From: Dehalococcoidia bacterium
GTDB lineage: Bacteria; Chloroflexota; Dehalococcoidia; GIF9; AB-539-J10
Length of the DNA: 64,000 nt
Direction of reading: 5' to 3'
Assembly (NCBI GenBank): GCA_040766535.1
Contig: JAXGQG010000005.1
Location: forward strand, 12,129 to 76,128
Positions 19,154 to 27,825 of the stretch are shown here, piece by piece (the stretch's first letter is position 1; each line of letters opens with the position of its first letter). Below the pieces are notes generated by a model, which worked only from the letters and a program-made list of their open reading frames with translations, did not search any database and was not told the DNA's origin. The position numbers were made by a program, and so were the translations under genes.

Positions 19154-20066
19154 CGGTCGGGTCCGAGAACGGGTTGTCCTCAACCCACTGCAGCGCCTGC
19201 AGCGCGGCCTTCTCCAGCGCGACGTCGTCAGTGCTGAATATCACGGATGTCTCGACAGCTTCGCGCAGCGATGCGCCCTCGCAGATCTCCTCCGCCGCAA
19301 CCAGCAACTGCCGAGTGGAGACGGGCACTGGCCGGGCCGCCTTGCGCAGCGTGTGGGCGAACTCGGTCAGCTTCTCTGCCATCCGCAGCGACAGTCCCCG
19401 AGAGCGGAGGATGGCCGCCTCTTCGCGCTTCGGCGGGTAGTCCAGCCGTATCGTCCGCGGGAAACGGTCGCGCACGGCCGCGTCCAGTGGATTCGCCCCG
19501 TAGAACTCCTCGCCCTCATTGAGGGTGGCGAAGAAGACGACGCCCGGCGCAACCCGCACCTCGTAGGTGAGGTCATCGCTCCACAACGAACGCCGCCAGT
19601 CCAGCAGTCCCAGTATGGCGTTCAAGACTTCGGGATGCGCCCGGTTGATCTCATCGAGCAGAACGACGCACCCGGGGGTTTCGACGGCATGGATGAAACG
19701 GGCCTTACGGTACCACGTCTCTCCCTGGTTTAGCCGATCCTTACCGAACCACTGCTCGGCGTCGATGAACGCACCGCAGTGCACCTCGTAGAACGGACGC
19801 CGGAAACGGGCCGCGAAGATCCGCGCGAGCGTGGTCTTGCCACAGCCCTTGGGACCCCGAACGAGCACGTTCACCGGTTCGCCCCGGTCGGAACGCGAGG
19901 CCACCCGGCCGAGCCGTTCCCAGTTCCGTGAGGAGACCCAGAAGCCCTCTTCCTCGGGAGGGACCGGCAGAGCGACGCCATTGCCACCGGCGTGGTGACG
20001 ATCGAGAGACTCTTCCGGCGCGGCGCCGGCGGCCGATGGATTCCGGTCGGATGCGGATGTGCTCAC
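19143..20066 (-). CDS. CobS/CbbQ/NorQ-like AAA+ (AAA_5) ATPase
   Basis: Walker A LVRGPKGCGKTT, Walker B VVLLDEINRA, and sensor region ATLNEG. GTG start follows AAGGGAG. Confidence 0.85.
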   Translation of the reverse strand: MSTSASDRNPSAAGAAPEESLDRHHAGGNGVALPVPPEEEGFWVSSRNWERLGRVASRSDRGEPVNVLVRGPKGCGKTTLARIFAARFRRPFYEVHCGAFIDAEQWFGKDRLNQGETWYRKARFIHAVETPGCVVLLDEINRAHPEVLNAILGLLDWRRSLWSDDLTYEVRVAPGVVFFATLNEGEEFYGANPLDAAVRDRFPRTIRLDYPPKREEAAILRSRGLSLRMAEKLTEFAHTLRKAARPVPVSTRQLLVAAEEICEGASLREAVETSVIFSTDDVALEKAALQALQWVEDNPFSDPTDES

Positions 20067-20132
20067 CTGTACTCCCTTCGAGCCATTCTACAGGTCGCGG
20101 CGGCGCGGGACAAACCTTATGCAGGGTGACTG

Positions 20133-21449
20133 CTAGCGGCGGGAGCGCGCCGGCACGGGGCTGAGACGACCCGGCGAGGCGGCACGCATGAGCACGCCGC
20201 AGGCAACAAGCGAGCCGGCCAGGATGAAGAGCATCAGCCGGTACGACCCGGTGACATCGAAGAGATAGCCGGATAGCCACGGGCTGATGGCGCCGCCGGA
20301 CGAGACGCCCACCATTATCACTCCCTGGATGGAGCCGTACGCCCTGCCGTGGAACAGGTCGGCCACGGCAGCGAACAGCACCGGAGGCAGGATGCCGATG
20401 CCAAGACCGAAACTGACCGCGAACAGATAGGCCATCCACGGCTGCGATGCGTCGCGAACGAAAAACAGCAGGCACGAGGCGGCGAAACTGAGCGCGCAGG
20501 CCGGAAGATACAGTCGCTCACGCCCTATCCTGTCGGAGACGGAACTCACCAGGTTTCCCACGACGAAGGCGGCGCCAAAGGCGCTGTACACGGCCGCGGC
20601 AGCCATCGGGGTGTAACCCGCGTCGCGGAAGAAATAGACCTGGTGCGCGATGGCGATCTTCTCGGCCACGCCTACCTGGAAGAAGCCCGCGAACCACAGC
20701 ATCCAGAACTGGGGCACTCTCACCGCCCGTCGCAACGTCCACGCGGCGGCATGCCAGCCCTGCTCCGGATGCGCTTCGGTGCCGGAAGCCTCCTGTGCCG
20801 GCTTCGGCTCCAAGTGGAAACCGGGAGCCCTGCGGATGAAGAGCAGAACGAGCGGCGCCATGACCGCGATGAAGGACAGCCCGGTGATGAAGTAGGCGTT
20901 CTGCCAGCCGTAGGTGGAGATCAGGTACTGAACCACCGATGCGGACACGAGGCTCACGCCGAATCCGGCGGCAAGCACACCGAAGACCATGCCCCGGTGT
21001 TGTGGAAACCAGGGGGTCACGATAGCGCCCAGCGGCGTTACCCCGACGAAGCTCACGCCCACCGCGGCGAGCACACCGAAGAGCAGGTAGAAATGCCACT
21101 CGGCGGCGCCGAAGCCGCACAGCGCGAACCCGCCACCGAGAAGCAGCACGCCGCCGGCGACGAGGAACTGGGGCTTGAAACGGTCGATGAGGCCGCCGGC
21201 GACCGGAGAGAACAGGCCGTACACGAGGATGCTGAGCGAGAACATCATCGCCGTATTGCCCCGGGTCCAGCCGAAATCCTCGACGATGGCGGGGTAGAAG
21301 ACGGAGAAGGCATTGCGCAAAGCGAAGCCAAAGGCCATCACCAGGAAGGCCACGATGAGGACCGGCAGGCCGCGGGATGGTCCCGCGCCACCAGGCGCGA
21401 CAGAGCGTACTCTTGAGATGTTCATGCTGCTGCGGAGACCGGGAATCAC
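20133..21449 (-). CDS. MFS transporter
   Basis: About 12 hydrophobic segments with an MFS-like loop pattern (GGLIDRFKP). Start is uncertain (alternative ATG at 21425). Confidence 0.8.
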   Translation of the reverse strand: MIPGLRSSMNISRVRSVAPGGAGPSRGLPVLIVAFLVMAFGFALRNAFSVFYPAIVEDFGWTRGNTAMMFSLSILVYGLFSPVAGGLIDRFKPQFLVAGGVLLLGGGFALCGFGAAEWHFYLLFGVLAAVGVSFVGVTPLGAIVTPWFPQHRGMVFGVLAAGFGVSLVSASVVQYLISTYGWQNAYFITGLSFIAVMAPLVLLFIRRAPGFHLEPKPAQEASGTEAHPEQGWHAAAWTLRRAVRVPQFWMLWFAGFFQVGVAEKIAIAHQVYFFRDAGYTPMAAAAVYSAFGAAFVVGNLVSSVSDRIGRERLYLPACALSFAASCLLFFVRDASQPWMAYLFAVSFGLGIGILPPVLFAAVADLFHGRAYGSIQGVIMVGVSSGGAISPWLSGYLFDVTGSYRLMLFILAGSLVACGVLMRAASPGRLSPVPARSRR

Positions 21450-21608
21450 GCCGCTCCGGCGGCGGCTCCATGCGGACGCGCAAGTGTAGCAGTCGACAGG
21501 ATGCCTCGCAACGTCACGTACGCGCTTATCCCGTTCCGGCCCGTCTGCGGCGCATGCAGTCCGATGCCGCCGAGGCGACGCTGGCCGCGCTGCCGCCGGA
21601 TGGGTCCG

Positions 21609-22478
21609 CTACGGAGTGGAAGACGGCTGCCGGTTCAGGTGGGCGCGCATCCAGGCGGCGACGTGCTCGAAGAGAGGCTCTTCGACTCCTTCGACGTGGA
21701 TGAGATGCCGCATCCCGGCCAACGGCAGGAAAGTGGCGTCGCCGGGGACCGCCGCGGCGAACGCCCTGCTGGCGTCGATCGAGGTGGCCCGGTCGGCTTC
21801 ACCATGTATCACCAGCAGCGGCAGCGGGAAGCGCGCCGCGTTGCGCAGCGCCCACTCATTCGCCTCGCGGGTGGAGAAGAAGAGTCGTGGGGTGATGACC
21901 CTGTGAACCATCTCATCGCGCGGCTTGGGGCGCCCGGTGCCGACCATGTCGGGCAGGCGCCGCTCGTCCTTCGGAGAAACGCCGAGGTTTGGGCGCACCA
22001 CCCGCAGCACATGCGCCAGGAGCGACATCACGGGGGAGGGCCTGAAGGCCAGCTTCAACCATGGGCTCGTGGCGATGACGCCGTTGAGGACGGGTCGCCG
22101 GCGCAGGGCGTAGTTGATGACCAGCCCGCCGCCGTGACTGTGACCGAAGAGAAAGCGGGGCGCGTCGCCGCCGAAACGCTCAACCGTCTGGGAGAGCAGG
22201 AGCGCGACGTCGTCCATCAACTGCTCGTACGACGGGGAGTCGCCCCGCGGGCCGCCGGACCGTCCATGCCCGCGCAGATCGAAGCCGCACACCGCGAATC
22301 CTCGGGCGGCGAGCAAGCGCATGGCATCGCCGTACATGCCGCAGTGATCGCCGTGTCCGTGAACCAGGCACAGCACAGCGCCGGGCTGTGCCGCCGGCCG
22401 TGCGCTCCTGAAGAACAACTCTGTGCCGTCGGTCGCGCGGCAGAACCACTCGTCGAAGGACGACTCAGCTTCACTCAT
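21609..22478 (-). CDS. alpha/beta hydrolase (lysophospholipase/monoacylglycerol lipase-like)
   Basis: LVHGHGDH oxyanion region, nucleophile elbow GHSHGG, and a C-terminal H in the context MRHLIH. Confidence 0.8.
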   Translation of the reverse strand: MSEAESSFDEWFCRATDGTELFFRSARPAAQPGAVLCLVHGHGDHCGMYGDAMRLLAARGFAVCGFDLRGHGRSGGPRGDSPSYEQLMDDVALLLSQTVERFGGDAPRFLFGHSHGGGLVINYALRRRPVLNGVIATSPWLKLAFRPSPVMSLLAHVLRVVRPNLGVSPKDERRLPDMVGTGRPKPRDEMVHRVITPRLFFSTREANEWALRNAARFPLPLLVIHGEADRATSIDASRAFAAAVPGDATFLPLAGMRHLIHVEGVEEPLFEHVAAWMRAHLNRQPSSTP

Positions 22479-22575
22479 ATGGATGGAGTCACCAGGAATC
22501 CGTGTTGAGGCTGCCCGTACAAGAGGCTCCGGGCGCAGGAGCGTCAGATCCCGCGCCCGGAGCGCGAACCAGGTG

Positions 22576-23922
22576 CTATTCTACCTCTGAAGGCATGCGC
22601 TGCATCAACTGGTCGAGGGAGACGCCCTCTCTTGCCAGCTGCTGCCGGCGCACGAAGAACACCACCGCGCCGATGGCGATCCAGATGCCGGACCACAGCA
22701 TCGCTTCCGGCTCCTGCAGCGCCATGAAGATGCCCGAGACGATCATGGCGATGATGGGCACGATGAACCGCAGAGCACCCTTGAGCTTGATGGGCGCCTT
22801 CGCGTACAGCGCCGGCTTTCTGGTCTCCAGCAACATGGCGGAAATCATCACCGGGATGTAGCTGAACAGGAACGTCAGGTTCGAGGTGTAGACGGCAAAG
22901 ACGAGTCCCTTGCCCGAGAAGACGAATATGAGCGCGATGAGCACGCTGGCGGTCAGTCCCCACACCGGGGTGCCGAAGCGCCTGTTGACGGAGCCGAGGC
23001 GCTCGGGAATCGCCCTGTCTCTGCCGAGGGAGAGGATGATACGGGACGAGGCGAGCTGGAAGCCATTCTGGGAGGTCGACACCGCCATTACGACCACAAG
23101 GAGGATGAAGGCGGAGGCGACGCCCGGAAGCACGAGCTTCGCCGCATCGTAGATCGGCGTGCTGCTCTTAGCCTGCTCGGTCCACGGAAGCGTTCCTGAC
23201 GCGGTCACCGACATCAGAACGTACAGTGCGATGCACACGAGAAGGCCCAGGATGATGCCGAGCGGCACGTTGCGGGAAGGGTTCTTGACCTCCTCGCCGA
23301 TCTCCGCCGCCGCGTCGAAGCCGACGTAGGCGAAGAAGAGCAGCGCAGCAGCCTTGACCGCGCCCCCGAATCCAAATGGAGCGACCGGGCTCAGATTCGC
23401 GGCGTTCACTTTCGGCAGGCCCGCGCCGATGAAGACGAGGAAGCCGGCCACGAGCAGGCAGAACATGATGGTCTGTGCGGTGGACGATATCTTGATGCCC
23501 AGCACGTTGAGCACGTAGAAGAAGCCGATGAAGCAGACCATCAGCAGCGGCGCAGGCAGTCCGGGCGCCACCGTCTGAATGTGATCTGAGAACACGAAGG
23601 CGGTCAGGGCCAGCGGGGTGATGTACGCCAGCCAGCGAGCCCAGCCACCCAGGAAGCCCCAGAACGGGGTGAGGACGCGGCTCGGATAGAAGTACGTTCC
23701 TCCCTCGATCGGCATCGCGGAGGCTACGGCGGCGTAGCTCACCGCCACCGTGATCATGGGCAGGCCGATGATGAGGTACGCCAGCCAGACGCCCGGTCCG
23801 GCCAGCGCGGAGGCCGGACCGGCCAGAACGAACGGCCCTCCGCCGATGACCGCGCCGGCCGCGAGCGCAATCACTCCGAGGAGACCGACATCACGTTTCA
23901 ATCCTGATCTGCTCTGTGACAT
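22576..23922 (-). CDS. APC-family amino acid/polyamine permease
   Basis: 12-TM profile with an N-terminal LKRDVGLLGVIALAAGAVIGGG motif typical of APC transporters. Confidence 0.85.
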   Translation of the reverse strand: MSQSRSGLKRDVGLLGVIALAAGAVIGGGPFVLAGPASALAGPGVWLAYLIIGLPMITVAVSYAAVASAMPIEGGTYFYPSRVLTPFWGFLGGWARWLAYITPLALTAFVFSDHIQTVAPGLPAPLLMVCFIGFFYVLNVLGIKISSTAQTIMFCLLVAGFLVFIGAGLPKVNAANLSPVAPFGFGGAVKAAALLFFAYVGFDAAAEIGEEVKNPSRNVPLGIILGLLVCIALYVLMSVTASGTLPWTEQAKSSTPIYDAAKLVLPGVASAFILLVVVMAVSTSQNGFQLASSRIILSLGRDRAIPERLGSVNRRFGTPVWGLTASVLIALIFVFSGKGLVFAVYTSNLTFLFSYIPVMISAMLLETRKPALYAKAPIKLKGALRFIVPIIAMIVSGIFMALQEPEAMLWSGIWIAIGAVVFFVRRQQLAREGVSLDQLMQRMPSEVE

Positions 23923-24006
23923 TCCCTTTCCTTTCTTCAGCGTTTGCGGAGATTCCTGTAACTGTGAGTGAGCCCTCTCGCGTATGTGCGCACGATTCCA
24001 GCCGAT

Positions 24007-24912
24007 TCACGCGGCCGGCCCGATGGTGACACGGTCGCCAACATGCAATTCACGGAACGCCCCGGGGAAAGCCCGGGCGAACGCCGCGGTGGGCAGCAAT
24101 CCCGTACAGTGCATGGGGGCGACCAGGGAGAGTTCCGGCGCGAGCGATTTGAGTGCGTCGATGGTCTGGTCGGTCCGCTCCATCGAAGCCTGCAGCAGAT
24201 GGAACCCGCCGACGACGGCGGTGACCGGAACGTTGCCGCCCAGCCGCACTGCCTGCCTGACGATGTTCACGATGCCCGCGTGGCTGCAGCCACTCAGCAC
24301 AACCAGCCCCACCCCACCAATGTTGACCAGCGCGGAGACGTCATCCTCGAGCCGGTCCGGCACCGTCGCGCCATGTGCATCGATGGTGAAACACGATACG
24401 CCGCCCTGCTCCTCGAAGGCGGTTACATGGGCGATCTCTCCCGTCAACATGAGGCCGGCAACGGGCTGAACGGGCGCTGAGGAGAGAGCGAACCGTGCGC
24501 CCGCGGCTTCAAGTCTTTCGCGAGAGTTCTCGCCGCGCATGGAGTAGTCCATGTACTCAGGGGCCGTGATGAAGCACGGACGGAACAAGGCCGGATGTCC
24601 ATACACCGGCAGGCTGCGGCCGAGGCGGGAGAGCACGCCGGCGAGCGCTGCCGTGTGGTCGAAGTGGCAGTGGGACAGGACGATTGCATCCACAGTCTCC
24701 AGGGGGATGCCGAGCGTCTCGGCGTTTCTGAAGAGCGTGTCAGCGCGGGGCCCCACATCGAAGAGCACCCTGCTGACGCTGTCCCCCTGCCACACTTCCA
24801 ACCAGAGGGAGAGGCCGAAGCACCCCTCGAGATAGGTATCGTAGGCCGGGGAGTTCTCGATGAGGACGACCAGTTCCAGCCTGTCCACCGAGCCTGTCTG
24901 CTGCTGTTTCAT
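24007..24912 (-). CDS. metallo-beta-lactamase fold hydrolase (COG1237-like)
   Basis: The HxHxDH motif appears as SHCHFDHT. A later GCSHAG and a C-terminal HCTG are also present. Confidence 0.8.
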   Translation of the reverse strand: MKQQQTGSVDRLELVVLIENSPAYDTYLEGCFGLSLWLEVWQGDSVSRVLFDVGPRADTLFRNAETLGIPLETVDAIVLSHCHFDHTAALAGVLSRLGRSLPVYGHPALFRPCFITAPEYMDYSMRGENSRERLEAAGARFALSSAPVQPVAGLMLTGEIAHVTAFEEQGGVSCFTIDAHGATVPDRLEDDVSALVNIGGVGLVVLSGCSHAGIVNIVRQAVRLGGNVPVTAVVGGFHLLQASMERTDQTIDALKSLAPELSLVAPMHCTGLLPTAAFARAFPGAFRELHVGDRVTIGPAA

Positions 24913-25182
24913 GTCACCATCTCCAATCGGGATTCCGCCGGGTACGCGTGTGATGTGCCGGATACAGGGGCACAGTCACGTGAAGGGCCGCGGGGACGCC
25001 AGCGTGCACGCTGCTAGCCCAAAGGGGCCAGCAGCGCAGTACCGATGCCGGAGAGGGTGCTCCGAAGAGATGGCAGTGGAGACGTCTCTTGTCTCATGGT
25101 GAGGCTCAGTCCGCCCGAGAATTGGCGCATTATGGTGGTCACAGCGCGCCCTGTCAATGCTCGGATGCGAACTCGCCATGAG

Positions 25183-25211
25183 TTGCCTCGGTAAACGTGC
25201 CCATCTACAAT
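25183..25211 (+). promoter_or_regulatory. promoter candidate for 25262..26206
   Basis: TTGCCT, 17-nt spacer, TACAAT. AAGGAG lies 7 nt before the ATG. Confidence 0.35.
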
Positions 25212-25261
25212 GACCGCATCATGCTGAAGCGGCATCACGCCGCGTTCAAAGGAGTTGTGCG

Positions 25262-26206
25262 ATGCGCACGATGGGTGACATACGTGCATTCATGGAGTCG
25301 ATGGGCATACCCGGGCGCGACCTCTGGGCGCTGCCCGATTCTCCGCTGACCTTTCCTGACGGCGCGCACTGGCGCATAGAGGTGGCCGGCATTGAGCGTG
25401 CCTCGACGCTGGAGGCCATGATCGACGAATCCCGCAAGCGCGGTATCCCCGTCCACCGGGCCATCGCAACGGTCGGGGGGTCGACCTATCTCGATGCGGC
25501 GGAGTTGCGCGCCATGGCACAGTTGGCGCACGACGAAGGCATCGAAGTAATCATGGGCATGGGCCCGCGCAAGGGTTGGGACGTTGGCGCGAAGGAATCG
25601 TGCAACTGGGAAGGCTCCATGCTCGGGCTGCGTATACGCGGCTCGGACAACATGTCGTACTGGCTCGCGGACATGATGCGGAACATCGAGGCGGGCTTCC
25701 GCGGCTTCCTCGTCTACGACGAAGGGGTGCTCTCCATCGTGAGCGAGATGCGAAAGAAGGGATTCATTCCCGGCGATGTGGTCTTCAAGTGCTCGGTGTT
25801 CTCCGGCCATGCGAGTCCCGCGGGAGCGAGGGTGATCGCCGCAATGGGAGCGAATACCTTCAATCCCTGTTCCGATGTGTCCCTGCCCATCCTCGCGGCG
25901 ATACGCAAGGCAGTGGGCATCCCCCTGGACGTGTACATCTCCATCTGCGACGCGCTGGGCGGCGAGTACCGCATCATGGAGTGTCCGGAGATAGCGCGGG
26001 TCGCCTCGCCCTGCTACTTCAAGATAGAGCCGGCCAAGTCCGAGATGGAACTGTACAAGCCGTGGACCGAGGAGAGCGTGCACGCCAACCTGGTGCGGGA
26101 GAAGGTGAAGATGGCGGAGGTCATCTGCGAGATCATGGCCCGGCACGCTCCGCAGCTGAAGATGTCCGGAGCGCGCCCGGCAGACCTCGCGCTGCCGGTG
26201 GTATGA
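25262..26206 (+). CDS. conserved hypothetical protein, family not recognised
   Basis: 314-aa ORF with balanced composition and a good RBS. The overlapping antisense 352-aa ORF is Arg/His-rich and looks spurious. I cannot assign a family. Confidence 0.6.
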   Translation: MRTMGDIRAFMESMGIPGRDLWALPDSPLTFPDGAHWRIEVAGIERASTLEAMIDESRKRGIPVHRAIATVGGSTYLDAAELRAMAQLAHDEGIEVIMGMGPRKGWDVGAKESCNWEGSMLGLRIRGSDNMSYWLADMMRNIEAGFRGFLVYDEGVLSIVSEMRKKGFIPGDVVFKCSVFSGHASPAGARVIAAMGANTFNPCSDVSLPILAAIRKAVGIPLDVYISICDALGGEYRIMECPEIARVASPCYFKIEPAKSEMELYKPWTEESVHANLVREKVKMAEVICEIMARHAPQLKMSGARPADLALPVV

Positions 26207-26359
26207 GGCAAGGGCCGCTGCCCGGAGCGTGCGGGAGAACGCCGGCAATAGCCGGAACAGTGAGACGTGCCGTTCGCCAGGCGCGTGCGGCAAGAGGAGC
26301 CCGTTGACATTTGTATAGCAGCGGCGCAGTGGCGCTCGCGGAACTGCAGCCTGAGGCTA

Positions 26360-26388
26360 TTGACACGGACCCGGCGTTGCCCTAGCAT
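26360..26388 (+). promoter_or_regulatory. promoter candidate giving a leaderless marC-like mRNA
   Basis: TTGACA, 17-nt spacer, TAGCAT. The -10 element ends 6 nt before the ATG at 26395. Confidence 0.4.
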
Positions 26389-26394
26389 CGTGGC

Positions 26395-26997
26395 ATGTCT
26401 GAATGGTGGCAGCTCTTCACCCTGGGTTTCGTTCCGCTGTTCATCGCCGTCGATGCGGTATCGCTGCCGCCGTTCATAGTCGCGTTGAGCGAAGGCATGA
26501 CCGTACCGGAACGCCGGAAGATGGTGCATATCGCCATCCTCACGGCGCTCGTGGTGGGACTGGTGTTCCTGTTCCTGGGCCAGGCGGTGCTGACGCTCAT
26601 GGGAATCACCGTGGGCGCGTTCGCCATTGCCGGCGGCATCATCCTGCTGGTGCAGTCGATCCGCAACATGACGTACGGCCGGATGGTGGACGCCGCCAAG
26701 GAGGAGATGGTCGCCATCGTGCCCATCGGCACCCCCCTGCTGGCCGGCCCGGCGACCATCACCACGCTGCTGCTGCTCACCGCTCAGATACCACTGGCGG
26801 TGGTGCTGGAGGCGTTCATCGTGAACGTAATTATCGCCTGGGTCATCTGCCTGGGCAGCTACCGCGTGCTGAAGGTACTGGGGCAGGGCGGTGTACGCGC
26901 GGTGTCCAGGGTGTTCAGCCTCCTGCTCGCATCCATTGCCGTCAGCATGATACTCAAGGGTCTGGCGATGTCCGGCATCGTTTCGACCGCGCCATAG
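26395..26997 (+). CDS. MarC/UPF0056 family integral membrane protein
   Basis: 200 aa, 6 hydrophobic segments, and an N-terminal F.LF.A.D....P.F motif as remembered for the MarC family. Confidence 0.75.
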   Translation: MSEWWQLFTLGFVPLFIAVDAVSLPPFIVALSEGMTVPERRKMVHIAILTALVVGLVFLFLGQAVLTLMGITVGAFAIAGGIILLVQSIRNMTYGRMVDAAKEEMVAIVPIGTPLLAGPATITTLLLLTAQIPLAVVLEAFIVNVIIAWVICLGSYRVLKVLGQGGVRAVSRVFSLLLASIAVSMILKGLAMSGIVSTAP

Positions 26998-27077
26998 CGC
27001 CTTGAACATCCATCGCCTGTCCCGTGTAGGCCAAACACCTACAGCATGTATAGCGTTCCGCCGACAGTCGCAAACGA

Positions 27078-27824
27078 ATGCTGCTGGGCTACACTGTTGT
27101 GATGTCGCTGCGCGAGCGTCTCATGCGCGGGTACTTCGACGCGGTCTACAGCCGTCTTTATGACCGGTCGACCGCGCGCCTGTCACGCTACCTACAAGCA
27201 CAAGAGACACTCGTTCGGCACCTGCGCGTCCAGGCCGGGCAACGCGTACTCTGCGCCGGACTCGGCACGGGCAACGAACTCACCTCCCTGCGGGCGGTTG
27301 AGCACGCCCTTAACATCGTGGGGATCGACCTGTCTCGTACCGCACTGACCAGGGCGCGGCGCAAGCCCTCCGGCGGGCCGGCCGGTACCGCACTGGCACT
27401 CATGGATGCACGGCTGCTGGGGTTCAAGGACGCCACGTTCGACCGCCTGTTGTGCTATCACGTGTTGGATTTCACCCGCGAACCGGAGGTGATGGCGCAG
27501 GAGTTCCTCCGCGTTCTGCGGCCGGGAGGACGTTTCGTCATCAGCTTCCCCTCCGGGGCGGAAGGGCCCGGGCTTGGCGCGTCTCTGCTGAGCGACGGTC
27601 TCAGCGGGCCAGGCCGCCACGACGGCCGGCGTACCGAACACGTCTCCCGTACACTGCTCGCCGGCTTCATCTACCTCCCGCTCATGCTGCGGCACCGCCC
27701 CCGTACCTTCACTTCCGATGGAGTAGACGCCCTGCTGCGCTCCCTGGGAGCGGCAGACGTAGCCATATGCACGGATCCGGTCTACCGCGATCACATTGCA
27801 GGCGGGGCGAAGAAGGGGGGTTGA
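27078..27824 (+). CDS. class I SAM-dependent methyltransferase
   Basis: Motif I VLCAGLGTGNE, post-I acidic GIDLS, and motif II/III LRPGGRFVISF. Start is uncertain (27078 or 27102). Confidence 0.75.
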   Translation: MLLGYTVVMSLRERLMRGYFDAVYSRLYDRSTARLSRYLQAQETLVRHLRVQAGQRVLCAGLGTGNELTSLRAVEHALNIVGIDLSRTALTRARRKPSGGPAGTALALMDARLLGFKDATFDRLLCYHVLDFTREPEVMAQEFLRVLRPGGRFVISFPSGAEGPGLGASLLSDGLSGPGRHDGRRTEHVSRTLLAGFIYLPLMLRHRPRTFTSDGVDALLRSLGAADVAICTDPVYRDHIAGGAKKGG

Positions 27825-27825
27825 T

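Noticed and set aside
17206-20066. RHH gene plus AAA+ ATPase plus VWA protein, considered as a possible toxin-antitoxin or MoxR/VWA-type conflict (defence) system.
   Set aside because: No toxin or effector (nuclease, protease, TIR, pore-former) and no third VMAP-like component is present. The RHH gene is on the opposite strand and convergent. The pair looks like a CobS/CobT-type chaperone. I kept it only as a moderate-interest orphan pair.
24913-25182. Roughly 270 bp of the divergent intergenic region, containing the 10-bp palindrome GAGACGTCTC and a GGCGC/GCGCC hairpin. Considered as a riboswitch or small RNA.
   Set aside because: I could find no motif of a known riboswitch class (TPP, SAM, cobalamin, FMN, glycine). 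The best promoter candidate for the downstream gene lies after this segment. Evidence is too thin to report a feature.
25235-26293. 352-aa minus-strand ORF covering the same region as 25262..26206.
   Set aside because: Its composition is dominated by R, H, A, G and L runs, and it has no RBS. The plus-strand ORF has normal composition and an AAGGAG site.
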